A DNA stretch of 64,000 nt from an uncultured virus (IMG/VR IMGVR_UViG_3300035698_024194) (Duplodnaviria > Heunggongvirae > Uroviricota > Caudoviricetes): IMG/VR virus record IMGVR_UViG_3300035698_024194, one strand, 5' to 3'. Of the stretch, positions 47,524 to 56,981 are shown piece after piece. Numbering within the stretch: position 1 is the stretch's first letter; the number at the start of each line of letters is the position of its first letter. The notes under the pieces are model-generated. The model saw nothing but the letters and a program-made list of their open reading frames with translations. It searched no databases and had not been told where the DNA came from. The position numbers and the translations under genes were made by a program.

Positions 47524-48916
47524 GAGGAAGTATGATATAATGTATGGCGAAGAGAAAATTATTAATTTACATTTAATATTTTCTCCAGTAGCAAACAAGT
47601 TTAATTGCATAATTACATTTATTGAAGATATATCAGATGCACTCGGGAAAGAATTTGATGAATGGTTTGTTAAATATCTCAAAGATTATCAAAAAAGCGA
47701 GTATGACGTTTCTGTTATACAAGGCAATCTTGATAGATCAATGGAATTGTGTGACAAATACTTAATACATAGACAGGAAACAAACCCAGATTTCAGATTT
47801 AGTAATTATGTTCAAAGAGAAAAAGCATCCAAGAATTCAATATTTTTCGATGCTGAAGAACTTGAAAAATTAATAAAGACATCTAATTATTTAAAGATGT
47901 ATTTTATTATCTCTCAGGATGCTCGAATGAAGCCCCCTCCTAAGTTTCACAGGGAAATATATAATAAACTTGTAAAATTAATTTCAGACCAAAACGAAGA
48001 AATCATATTTAAACTTTACAAGTTAGTTAGTAGTAAAACCCATAGATATAACATATCAGATAAAACAATGTGGGATTTTATTAAAATCGTTCACTGTAAA
48101 ACAACTGATATGCATATCAATGCAATTTTCAATTTCCTTTTAAATAATATCCTTGTGACCTGTAATACTGAAAATAATCCTATCCCCTATTTCTCATCTG
48201 TTATTGATCAAAGTATAAAATGGATACTTGGTGGGGTTTATAAGGAATGTATTATTTACTCAGATACAATTAATACTGAAGATATTCATACTATTCCAGG
48301 AAAGGATAATTTACTCTCTTATTGTTATAATGACACAATAGGAAAACTTGTTGGGATTGCAACAAATTATCTTGAAGAAATAGGAATTGGAGATATCCCG
48401 AGATTCAACGCAACTGTCAGTACTTTAAAAGAACCATCATTGATAGCAATGTATGTGTCGTATCCAATATTAAGTAAAGTATTCAATATACCTTACAGAT
48501 ATTTAAGACCTATTCAAGTAGAACATTCATATCTACTTAATATATTAACTTACTACTATTTACCAAAAGAAATGAAAGAAGATCTTCAGGTTATTACGAA
48601 GTTACTTATTCATTACTCTACTCAGAAGCCAATTCTGAAAACAACTTATAAGATAAAAAATACTGATATATTCTTTAAGACATTTAATTCCTTTTTAGGA
48701 TTTAAAAATATGGTATTTCCAAGCAACTTATATTCTGACTTTATAGGAAGATTAGCAAGGAATGAATATTTGAGTCTTATTACAGATAAGAAAATCGCTA
48801 ATTTTCCTTTAGCAAAATTGGAAGATGATATGGTTGTCTTTTATAATAAATACTTTGCTGGCGAATTGGATGATCAATTCCAGGAAATGAGAAAAGCAAT
48901 AGAAATCCATTTATAA
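47489..48916 (+). CDS. Putative sigma-like promoter-specificity subunit of the non-virion RNAP (AR9 gp226/phiKZ gp68-like)
   Basis: 475-aa helical protein; segments SIFFDAEELEKLIKTSNYLK, FKLYKLVSSK...DKTMWD and NNPIPYFSSVIDQSIKW resemble this family from memory, not searched. Confidence 0.55.
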   Translation: MMGLIKVVLTDKRKYDIMYGEEKIINLHLIFSPVANKFNCIITFIEDISDALGKEFDEWFVKYLKDYQKSEYDVSVIQGNLDRSMELCDKYLIHRQETNPDFRFSNYVQREKASKNSIFFDAEELEKLIKTSNYLKMYFIISQDARMKPPPKFHREIYNKLVKLISDQNEEIIFKLYKLVSSKTHRYNISDKTMWDFIKIVHCKTTDMHINAIFNFLLNNILVTCNTENNPIPYFSSVIDQSIKWILGGVYKECIIYSDTINTEDIHTIPGKDNLLSYCYNDTIGKLVGIATNYLEEIGIGDIPRFNATVSTLKEPSLIAMYVSYPILSKVFNIPYRYLRPIQVEHSYLLNILTYYYLPKEMKEDLQVITKLLIHYSTQKPILKTTYKIKNTDIFFKTFNSFLGFKNMVFPSNLYSDFIGRLARNEYLSLITDKKIANFPLAKLEDDMVVFYNKYFAGELDDQFQEMRKAIEIHL

Positions 48917-48930
48917 AAGTTCGACGGAAG

Positions 48931-48971
48931 CAAAGAGGGATAGGTATCTTGCGATAGTCTATCCCTCTTTG
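48931..48971. terminator. Bidirectional terminator between convergent genes
   Basis: caaagagggatag ... ctatccctctttg hairpin. Confidence 0.8.
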
Positions 48972-48998
48972 TTCAGCGAAAGGAATTGCCGGGTCCCT

Positions 48999-49508
48999 TT
49001 ATTTTTTCTTTTTCCTTGTTGCTCCTGGAATTTTAGATAATGCTTTTTTAACATGTGGTTTAATATATTTTCCAGCAACAAGTCCTGCTGCTACTCCCCC
49101 ACCTACAGCCAGCGCTATTTGAGCTTTCTTACTTTTAGAGATGGCATCAACAACTTGTTTTTTCATTTTTTTAGCTTTATCAGAAATTTGACCATATTGT
49201 TTTGTAAGCCATACCCTAAGTTCTTTAATTTTTTTATTCAATTTATCAATTTGTTTTTTTAATGCTGATTTTTCTTTGGGCGTATCAACTTTCTTTACTT
49301 TTGCTCGCATCTTATCAATTTGTTTTCTTAATGATGCTACTTGTTTATTATATTGAGATTTTGCTGATTCTTTTTTCTTCTTCATCCAGTCAGTAACAGT
49401 TTTCAATTTTGCTGACGCTTCAGTTAAAACTTCTGTTCTTCCCTCAATTACTAGGTTTCCGAAAATAGCCATTTCTAATATTTGACTATTATGTGTAGAT
49501 AATTGCAT
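48999..49508 (-). CDS. Lys-rich putative internal head protein
   Basis: Leader with ILE/VIE/LTE, coiled coil, ALAVGGGVAAGLVAG segment. Confidence 0.6.
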   Translation of the reverse strand: MQLSTHNSQILEMAIFGNLVIEGRTEVLTEASAKLKTVTDWMKKKKESAKSQYNKQVASLRKQIDKMRAKVKKVDTPKEKSALKKQIDKLNKKIKELRVWLTKQYGQISDKAKKMKKQVVDAISKSKKAQIALAVGGGVAAGLVAGKYIKPHVKKALSKIPGATRKKKK

Positions 49509-49517
49509 TTTTTCCTC

Positions 49518-50036
49518 CTATACGATTCTAAGATTTTTCATGTAAGAAATTAATAATTTTTTATCAAAAAAGGTACCAGGACAATTTAATTCTTTATTGG
49601 TACTTATTTCGCTATGTAATAAAATTCTTGGTGGCGGTATTTTAAATGTTCTCATTAAAGGAGCTAATATACTATAAGCTATCTTTTGATACATTCTTCT
49701 ATCAGGAATATCATAATCATAATTACCCATAACACATATATGAAAAGCAAAATTATATGGGTTTATAATATCATCATATTCACAATGGACTGCAAACGGC
49801 CTACCTAATAAAACCTCATAATCCGTTTTAATTTTTTCTACAATAAAATGATAATTAAGATCGGGTTGCATTACTTCCGTATATTCCCTTGTTCTCAACT
49901 CATTTGTTTGAAACTTCTCATTGTCGATTCTTAATTCTGCAGCATCCGCTACCTGACAACTTACATCATGTATAATTATATATCTCGGACGCTTAACAAA
50001 TTTATTAAAGAGTCGGATTTTAAAAGGTATACGCAT
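49518..50036 (-). CDS. N-acetylmuramoyl-L-alanine amidase (Amidase_2)
   Basis: IIIHD, YHFIV, ICVMGNY, LLHSE, CPG zinc-ligand pattern. Confidence 0.85.
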   Translation of the reverse strand: MRIPFKIRLFNKFVKRPRYIIIHDVSCQVADAAELRIDNEKFQTNELRTREYTEVMQPDLNYHFIVEKIKTDYEVLLGRPFAVHCEYDDIINPYNFAFHICVMGNYDYDIPDRRMYQKIAYSILAPLMRTFKIPPPRILLHSEISTNKELNCPGTFFDKKLLISYMKNLRIV

Positions 50037-50326
50037 TACGCTATATTATATTTTTTAAATTGAGATTTTGCATAATTAGGATTTTTAAATAGTCTTCTAT
50101 AAAAAGATTGATATTCTCTGTTTGCCATAGCTTTCCCATTAGGAGATTTGGCTAATTGACTAATAGTCATTCCTTGCTTCGTAGCCTTACCTTGAAGTGA
50201 TCTTCCTGTCATTTTCTTGGCAAGTAACTTAATTTTAGGTATTAATCCCGCTTCTGCAGTTGCTGCAAGAGCCCGACCAACTTGGTCGCTTAAAAAACTT
50301 TCTAAAAGATAATATGAATTGGTCAT
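50036..50326 (-). CDS. Small basic putative internal head protein
   Basis: YLLESFLSD leader followed by a basic body; late motif upstream. Confidence 0.6.
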   Translation of the reverse strand: MTNSYYLLESFLSDQVGRALAATAEAGLIPKIKLLAKKMTGRSLQGKATKQGMTISQLAKSPNGKAMANREYQSFYRRLFKNPNYAKSQFKKYNIA

Positions 50327-50354
50327 TTTTATATCTCCAAGTGAAACTTTAATA

Positions 50355-50368
50355 TTTATTATTTGTTC
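50355..50368 (-). promoter_or_regulatory. Putative late promoter GAACAAATAATAAA
   Basis: About 30 bp upstream of 50326. Confidence 0.45.
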
Positions 50369-51170
50369 ATAACTCTACCCTACCTAAAGCACTATCCATT
50401 ATATCCCCAGCTGTAGATTTTACATAATCAAGATTAGTAGACACCCCCGGAATAATATCCAAATCATCCTTAAATAAATCAAAATCAAAACTATAATCAT
50501 CATTAAGAGGCATTACATCTATATATGATCCTAATTGCCCCGACATTGATATCCCCTTTTCTTCACTACATCCCATACTAGCATATCCACTTATAGCATC
50601 TTGTATGCTTTTAATAAATTCACTTATATCTCCAAATTGGTTTGTTAATTTAGACATATCTAAATATAATTTCATTTCAGGACAATTATATGAATCCACA
50701 AGATCATCTAAACATTCAGCTTGTGGACTCGACGAAGTTCCCCTAAATTTATTAGTAAAACCTGAACCTACATTTTGCATGCCTGCTAATCCAATTCGGG
50801 TAATATTATTAAGTGATAACGAGTCAGAATAATCTCTTGCTGTTTTATGATAATTATTATAACTAGTTTGCATACCTGCTTGTACTTGTACAGGTGATCC
50901 TATTCCAGGAACCTTATCATTTAAACGTCCTGCAGCATCATTAATATACATCATTAAATCATCTTCTGGAGTTGCTATAATAGAGGAAGAATATAAATTA
51001 ATTCCAGTAACTTCTTCAATATATTGGCTTGAATATACCCTCATCATATTTAAATCACGATCAAGAGTATTTTCCAATGTCTTACATAATACACAATAAA
51101 AAAAAGATTGAGCCTTCTGTGAAATAGCAGGGCTTAAACTATCACATTCAAATTCATATTCCCAAGACAT
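50367..51170 (-). CDS. Hypothetical protein (baseplate region)
   Basis: 267-aa acidic ORF downstream of the PAAR gene. Confidence 0.7.
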   Translation of the reverse strand: MSWEYEFECDSLSPAISQKAQSFFYCVLCKTLENTLDRDLNMMRVYSSQYIEEVTGINLYSSSIIATPEDDLMMYINDAAGRLNDKVPGIGSPVQVQAGMQTSYNNYHKTARDYSDSLSLNNITRIGLAGMQNVGSGFTNKFRGTSSSPQAECLDDLVDSYNCPEMKLYLDMSKLTNQFGDISEFIKSIQDAISGYASMGCSEEKGISMSGQLGSYIDVMPLNDDYSFDFDLFKDDLDIIPGVSTNLDYVKSTAGDIMDSALGRVEL

Positions 51171-51182
51171 TATATATCTCCT

Positions 51183-51935
51183 TTAAGGTAGTGAAGGGAT
51201 TCCAATTCCCTCACCTTTAAGTGTTACCTGCTGTACTTCTTGATCAGGAGCAGAATATATATCAATATACATTGTTTTAATCCCTGCTGATTCAGGGACA
51301 AAATTTACATAAAATACTGTAGTTTCAGATGATTTTAAAACCACCGGCATACAATGCCCTTTAAAAAGAAAATCTGGATATTCTGGTCCAGCTATAATTC
51401 CTGATGGATTACATGGAATTACATTATCACCAGGATTAATAGGACCGTATTTTGAATATTGAATTATTAAATTACTTCCTCCAGTATTTGTTATTGTAAT
51501 AGGAATAAATGGCAAAGTAATTGATTCTAATATCCCTCCAATATCAACAGGTCCACTAGATTCCACTCCTACTAACCTTTTTCCAAAATCAATAACTTCT
51601 GGAGCAACTGTAATTTTTGGTTTAAGCATAGGCATTGCTTCACTACAACAATCCCATTTAGGATCTCCTGTTGCTACAGTATCTCCACAACTAAGAGGAT
51701 CCCCTATTAATTGAATATATTGTTCATTCACAAATACTTCACACTTATGACCTATGTATATAGCACCATGTGTTTCAGGTATTGAAGGACATATATGTGG
51801 TATTCTTTTATCCCCATATCTTACAACATTAAGTCCACCTGTTCCAAATGTATTAGGTGACCATTCTTGTGGTTGTTGAGGTACCCAACAATCTTCACCT
51901 ACTGTCCAATCAGTTCTCCTATGTACTTTAGGCAT
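51183..51935 (-). CDS. PAAR/gp5.4-like spike tip protein fused to an Ig-like domain
   Basis: MPKVHRRTD...VVRYGD...HIC...H...VFVN...IGDPLSCGD; C-terminal PEVIDFG..ITITNTGGSNL..VNFVP..G.K....I.S....VTLKGEG. Confidence 0.8.
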   Translation of the reverse strand: MPKVHRRTDWTVGEDCWVPQQPQEWSPNTFGTGGLNVVRYGDKRIPHICPSIPETHGAIYIGHKCEVFVNEQYIQLIGDPLSCGDTVATGDPKWDCCSEAMPMLKPKITVAPEVIDFGKRLVGVESSGPVDIGGILESITLPFIPITITNTGGSNLIIQYSKYGPINPGDNVIPCNPSGIIAGPEYPDFLFKGHCMPVVLKSSETTVFYVNFVPESAGIKTMYIDIYSAPDQEVQQVTLKGEGIGIPSLP

Positions 51936-53065
51936 TAGTCGTCTCTAAGGCCTGTTGGTATCACAGGACCTAAACAAGGAGAAGGTGCAACTATAGGACC
52001 AATAGGAAGTCTAGATAAAATAGTACTAGGTAATTGAGGAATTGAAGGAGAAGCTGGAATTGCAGGAATAGTCATTGTAGCAGGAAAAGCTTTATTTGAA
52101 TTAATATTAGTTGCTGCTGAATCTAAATTATAATTAATTGCAATTTTATTAATATCTTGTCCAGCCATTTCATTTGAAACTGTTCCTATATACCTATTAT
52201 ATTCTTGTCCTGTAAGAAGAAATTTAGTTTGTCCAATTGTTTGATGCTCATTCAATACTACATTTGTATGTTTCATCATTCCAACTGTAGTATGATGATT
52301 CATTGCACATTGTTGAACAATACTTCCTCCAGCATTTACAATTATATTTTCAGTTGCCATTAAATGTAAATTAGCTCCTGTTTGGATTCTTATATCATTT
52401 TGAAAATACGCCTGTAACATCTGTTGATCAATATCAATATGAAGATAATCACCTTTAACAGTACGTATTAAAAGTTTTTCTTTTCCTAGTCTCTCATCTA
52501 AAAGAATTGTAGTCATATTAGTATCAATTTGATATACTGAAGCATCATCCCCATCAGGAGGAATACTAATTCCTCTTTTCTTACCCGTCAGCTCAACTCT
52601 TTCATCATGAACATCATCTGATATTACTATTGTTCTTCCCATACGAGTTTTAATAGGTACCCATTTTTTCCAATATTCTCCACCTTGACGACATTCAGCA
52701 GGGACCGAAGGTTCTTCATCTGCACCAGGTTTAGTGACAATATCACATGCTCCAAAATATCGAGGTTCCGCAGGATCCCCATTTTCAAAGAATATATAAA
52801 GCCAACTTCCTTTTGGGGGAATCATACAAGATCCTTGATAATCATGATCATCCCCGTATGTTGCATCCAAATTCCTACCACCTAATGGATTATTAGCTGG
52901 CCTAGCCCAAATTCCTTGTCCTGAATCTGGTTCAATTCCAGGCATCACATCAGGAATCCAAACCTTAATACGAGCTTGAATACGCTCATCATCATCTTTT
53001 ACACATAGTGCCCTGTACATTCCATCCCAATTGAATTTTTTATCTTCCTCCAGTGTATCCCGCAT
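51935..53065 (-). CDS. Baseplate central spike (gp5/VgrG-like, OB-fold plus beta-helix)
   Basis: YRALCV..DD...ARIKVWIP, WARP, PPKGSWLYIFFENGDP..P.YFG; repeated 8-residue beta-helix tail; next to PAAR gene. Confidence 0.85.
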   Translation of the reverse strand: MRDTLEEDKKFNWDGMYRALCVKDDDERIQARIKVWIPDVMPGIEPDSGQGIWARPANNPLGGRNLDATYGDDHDYQGSCMIPPKGSWLYIFFENGDPAEPRYFGACDIVTKPGADEEPSVPAECRQGGEYWKKWVPIKTRMGRTIVISDDVHDERVELTGKKRGISIPPDGDDASVYQIDTNMTTILLDERLGKEKLLIRTVKGDYLHIDIDQQMLQAYFQNDIRIQTGANLHLMATENIIVNAGGSIVQQCAMNHHTTVGMMKHTNVVLNEHQTIGQTKFLLTGQEYNRYIGTVSNEMAGQDINKIAINYNLDSAATNINSNKAFPATMTIPAIPASPSIPQLPSTILSRLPIGPIVAPSPCLGPVIPTGLRDD

Positions 53066-53092
53066 TCCATTAACCTCCAAAATATGTAAAGG

Positions 53093-53127
53093 AAAAGGAA
53101 GGGTAGAAATTAATCCACCCTTCCTTT
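53093..53127 (-). terminator. Rho-independent terminator
   Basis: aaaggaagggtgga-loop-tctacccttcctttt on the minus strand. Confidence 0.7.
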
Positions 53128-53146
53128 ATTACTTACTTATGGGATG

Positions 53147-54136
53147 TTACTTTGATAATTTTTTATATCCTATCACTGCTGCTGTTCCCACTGCTGCTGT
53201 TCCTCCACCATGTTTAGCTATTTTAGCCATTTTTTGTTTCAACCATATCATTCTTTGTTTTGCGGAATCTTTTGATGATTGATTGGCTTTAGGATTATTT
53301 AAAATTTTTCTGAGTTCACGATATTCTTTTGCCATTTGTTGTGGAGTTAATACTATTTGTTTTATTTTTGCTCCTGCTGCCTTAGCGCCTTTAATTGTAG
53401 CTGCTCCTATTTCTTGACCATGTCCTTTTACTCCCTGAGCTATACCAGCCATTTTGGCTCCAAGCTGTTCTTGTACTTCAGCTTCAAGAATCATTTCATC
53501 CATCTTAACAATCAATGAAACGGCTTCTTTTCTTAATGCTTTATATCCAGCTGCACCAGCTCCAACTGCTGCAACTCCAGCTCCAACTGCCAATGCTTTT
53601 TTAGGCAACGTCCTAATGCTAGCATTATTGACTTTTTTAGCTTTATCTTTAATTGCATCTTTAGCTTTTCCTGCTGCAATTTTTGCACCAATAGCTGTTC
53701 CTGCTGTTTTATTTCTCACCACATTTTTAGCTTTTACAATATTCTTACCAGCTTTCTTAAGTTTTTTCACAGTTGCAGCTTTTGCTGTTCCTGCAGCTGC
53801 TTTTGCACCCATTGCTGCGCCTGCTACTTTATCGCTTATTTTACCTTCTGCTATTAATTTATCTGTATCAACAATAAGTTTATCGGCTTCTTTAATTAAC
53901 TGTCTTACATTTGCCATTGATTTTCCTCCATCCATTTTAGCTTCATCGGAAGAAGCCATATTTTTAATTTTCATTTCTTTTATATAATTAACAAGTTTAT
54001 TTAATCTACCCACTTGTTCTTGTGTCCCATGAGATTCAGCCAATCTAATTTTTTCTAAAAGACTTACCAATGCATCATCAGGATTTATTTCACCTTCAAA
54101 TATATTTTCCAACCAAGATAATTGATTACCCATCAC
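53147..54136 (-). CDS. Ala/Lys/Gly-rich putative internal head protein
   Basis: Alternating acidic segments ending in xxE and basic AK-rich segments with AVGAGVAAVGAG-type helices. Confidence 0.65.
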   Translation of the reverse strand: MMGNQLSWLENIFEGEINPDDALVSLLEKIRLAESHGTQEQVGRLNKLVNYIKEMKIKNMASSDEAKMDGGKSMANVRQLIKEADKLIVDTDKLIAEGKISDKVAGAAMGAKAAAGTAKAATVKKLKKAGKNIVKAKNVVRNKTAGTAIGAKIAAGKAKDAIKDKAKKVNNASIRTLPKKALAVGAGVAAVGAGAAGYKALRKEAVSLIVKMDEMILEAEVQEQLGAKMAGIAQGVKGHGQEIGAATIKGAKAAGAKIKQIVLTPQQMAKEYRELRKILNNPKANQSSKDSAKQRMIWLKQKMAKIAKHGGGTAAVGTAAVIGYKKLSK

Positions 54137-54160
54137 GGGATCTCCTTCTTACTAGATTAT

Positions 54161-54174
54161 TTTTATATTTGTTC
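54161..54174 (-). promoter_or_regulatory. Putative late promoter GAACAAATATAAAA
   Basis: Intergenic, ~25 bp upstream of 54136. Confidence 0.5.
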
Positions 54175-54194
54175 CATCTAAAACCTAAAACATA

Positions 54195-55079
54195 CTACAT
54201 GTATGGATGGATCATCATTACTATTTTTCTATGTAATGATGCATTAAAAGCTTCTAAATATGGAGGAAACAATCCTCCCGATGGGAGAGTAGAAGCCCCT
54301 AATGTTGCCATAAATCTCATTTCATCTTCAAACATTGGAATAGAAGATAATCCTAGATTTCGATTCTTTAAAACATACCCTATAAAAAAAGATAAATCTA
54401 TTCCAGGAAATACACCTGATTCAGAAAGTATCTTAATAAAATCTCGAGCATTACTTAAATCATAATCATCAAAATCAATATTAAAGTCTTTTTGTGTTAC
54501 ACGACTTCTTACTGCTTTCTTATAAGATACCTTTTGAGGTATTCCATAAAAAGATGTAAGTATATATGTTATACATATAAATCTCAATTTAGGAATCATC
54601 TCTTGATAAGAAGCCATTATACCATATTTCTTGCCAAATAATTTCATAAGAAGATCTGTAAAATAATCAGATACTTCAATTTGAGTATTTATTTTAAGGG
54701 GTTTCAATGTATAAAGTTTACACAAATACCCATAGAATATAACTGAATATAATGTTCTAGGATCAATATTAGTAATTTCTTTTTTACCAAGTACCTGTAA
54801 ATTAATGAGAACACGTTTTGTTTTTATATTAAATGCAGCAGGTAAAGGATATTTAATAAGGCGTACAAAATCAACATCATCAAAGTTATCTTCAATTTTT
54901 CTTACCATTAAAGATGTAGAAAAATGATTTATCCTATGAAGTAATAACTTAATTGTTCTTATAATATTCTCGTGATCATATTCATCGACTTTAAAAGCAT
55001 CAATTGTTGATTGCGACTGAGTAAATACATTAGGAATATTATTTAATAAATTTAATTTTAGTTTTGGAATATCCTTCAT
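54195..55079 (-). CDS. Hypothetical protein
   Basis: 294-aa ORF, TAATG coupling. Confidence 0.75.
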   Translation of the reverse strand: MKDIPKLKLNLLNNIPNVFTQSQSTIDAFKVDEYDHENIIRTIKLLLHRINHFSTSLMVRKIEDNFDDVDFVRLIKYPLPAAFNIKTKRVLINLQVLGKKEITNIDPRTLYSVIFYGYLCKLYTLKPLKINTQIEVSDYFTDLLMKLFGKKYGIMASYQEMIPKLRFICITYILTSFYGIPQKVSYKKAVRSRVTQKDFNIDFDDYDLSNARDFIKILSESGVFPGIDLSFFIGYVLKNRNLGLSSIPMFEDEMRFMATLGASTLPSGGLFPPYLEAFNASLHRKIVMMIHPYM

Positions 55080-55852
55080 TATTCAGTTGAATCCTTAGCA
55101 TATTGTACTTCTAATACCATATCAGTTTTAATAAACCCAAGAAGCCCAGGACCTTCATCACAATCATCATCTTTCCATGATATCCTACGAAGTACTCCAT
55201 CATATGAGGCAATCACATTATAATCAATATCATGAATAAAATTACCACCATGTTCAATTTTAAATGAAACAGTTTCTTCGATTACTTTATGTGCTAGATC
55301 TACTATCCCAGCAGCTTCCATCCCCGCATCAACTTCAAATTTTTGTCTAACCCAATATTTAGCTTCTATATCTGTAGCCACGGTTCCCTCCTCGTCAACT
55401 GATGTTGGCGGTTTAATTTTAGATTCATATAAAGCAAGTAACTTTTCAGATACTAATTCATCATTATTTAATAAAGTAAATTCATTATTAACACTACATT
55501 TCGCTAATTCTAAAATAGATGAATATGAAGGGACCAATACTTCATATGTATTAAATTGCTCAATACAAGACATATCGTTTACAAATAATATTATATACCA
55601 TAAAGTTTCAGTTCCATATTCTTTTTCAGATAAATAATCAGGTCTAAATTGAAACTTAGAATCCAATATAATTTTTTTACTTTCTTTCATTAAGAAAAAA
55701 CGATTTTTCTCTAATGTATATAAAGAAGGAGATGAGAATACTACTTCTAATCCAGTAGAATCATCTATTTCTTTATATTTCTTACGGAATTTATCTTCAT
55801 CTGTAGCGAGTAATCTGTTAACATTGGATTCTTGATCAATTCTTGCTGCCAC
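55079..55852 (-). CDS. Baseplate wedge protein (T4 gp53/LysM-like domain)
   Basis: FRPDYLSEKEYGTETLWYIILFVN ... VLVP motif. Confidence 0.75.
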   Translation of the reverse strand: MAARIDQESNVNRLLATDEDKFRKKYKEIDDSTGLEVVFSSPSLYTLEKNRFFLMKESKKIILDSKFQFRPDYLSEKEYGTETLWYIILFVNDMSCIEQFNTYEVLVPSYSSILELAKCSVNNEFTLLNNDELVSEKLLALYESKIKPPTSVDEEGTVATDIEAKYWVRQKFEVDAGMEAAGIVDLAHKVIEETVSFKIEHGGNFIHDIDYNVIASYDGVLRRISWKDDDCDEGPGLLGFIKTDMVLEVQYAKDSTE

Positions 55853-55855
55853 GGT

Positions 55856-56071
55856 TTATTTACTCTTAGTATATGGTGCTTCATATCCGGTCATTTTAGT
55901 GCCACATTTTGGACATTTTTTAGTTATACAAGGAACGTTTCTTACATGTTTTACTTTAGTTCCACAACTAGGACATACACACTGATCGGTTCCACCTTGA
56001 CCCATACGAGTCCCACCTTGTCCCTGTTGTTCATTCAAATAATTTTCAAGTATTTTCATTTTATTTCCCAT
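55856..56071 (-). CDS. Small zinc-ribbon protein
   Basis: GQGG...CVCPSCG..VKH.RNVPC...KCPKCGTKM. Confidence 0.75.
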   Translation of the reverse strand: MGNKMKILENYLNEQQGQGGTRMGQGGTDQCVCPSCGTKVKHVRNVPCITKKCPKCGTKMTGYEAPYTKSK

Positions 56072-56079
56072 TAAAAATG

Positions 56080-56712
56080 TTATCCGTTAGATATTGCATC
56101 ATAATTATTTCTTGACCAATCTTGTTTTAGTTGGTCAAGTTGTACCATTGACATATCACTTATCATTTGAACATCAACATCTTCCATAGGATAATTATTA
56201 AGAACATGTTTCCATTCACCATGAACAAAATCGATAGGTATCTTTAAAAACCCATTATGAAACTTCTCATGGATACTTGACACAAGTGGAATATAACCTA
56301 CTTGGTTTTTATAGTGGAGTTCAAGGCACTCTAAAGCAATATCAACCGAACAAAACTGTTTTTCTTTATTAATATAAGAAGTAATAATAGCCTTACATAT
56401 AGTGTATAAATTGATAGGGTGATGATGTATTTCAATTGTTACTTCAGCTGATTTTTCTTCTGTTATAGCACAAGTTGAATATCCGAGTGTATCTTTTACA
56501 AATGTAGACCATTCACGATACTCGGCACTTGATCTAACCATTCGTTCAATATTTTTAATAAATTTTTGATATTCTTTATCTTCATCAAATCCTGCTCGCC
56601 TAAGAGGGAGAGTCATCATTGTATTGTCTTCTTCCCCCTCGATCATAAGTGCAAGATTTTGATGATTACTAGCTAAAGAAGGTTCTTTGTCTTTCATATT
56701 TTTGCTTTCCAA
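56080..56712 (-). CDS. Jumbo-phage HNH-like protein
   Basis: KFIKNIERMVRSS.EY, C, IEIHHHP, H...VGYIPL...HEKFHNG. Confidence 0.65.
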   Translation of the reverse strand: MESKNMKDKEPSLASNHQNLALMIEGEEDNTMMTLPLRRAGFDEDKEYQKFIKNIERMVRSSAEYREWSTFVKDTLGYSTCAITEEKSAEVTIEIHHHPINLYTICKAIITSYINKEKQFCSVDIALECLELHYKNQVGYIPLVSSIHEKFHNGFLKIPIDFVHGEWKHVLNNYPMEDVDVQMISDMSMVQLDQLKQDWSRNNYDAISNG

Positions 56713-56981
56713 GAAGCTAAAGTTGTTCTAGCTGATTTAAGGTTAAGTGCAGATATTTTGACCTCAAGTTTTGCTCCATTCAAAGTGAGTTTGTCTGGAA
56801 AATATTTTTTCGCATCTTTATATTTTTTCATTGCCTGAAGCAATTCATTTTTCCAATAATTTATTTGTTTTCTAGAATCTATTAACCCTTTTTTAACTGT
56901 AACACTTACTGCTTCTTTTAATTGTATATTTTCTAATTTTAATTGAATGTTTTCTACCATTAAATTTTCTTGTGATTTCAT
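56694..56981 (-). CDS. Small basic putative internal head protein
   Basis: Leader VENIQLKLENIQLKE followed by a basic body. Confidence 0.6.
   Translation of the reverse strand: MKSQENLMVENIQLKLENIQLKEAVSVTVKKGLIDSRKQINYWKNELLQAMKKYKDAKKYFPDKLTLNGAKLEVKISALNLKSARTTLASWKAKI

Noticed and set aside
53454..53987. Plus-strand ORFs antisense to real genes (this 177-aa ORF, and for example 557-880, 18347-18679, 31956-32411, 45425-45784)
   Set aside because: Shadow ORFs of minus-strand genes, without RBS or recognisable motifs
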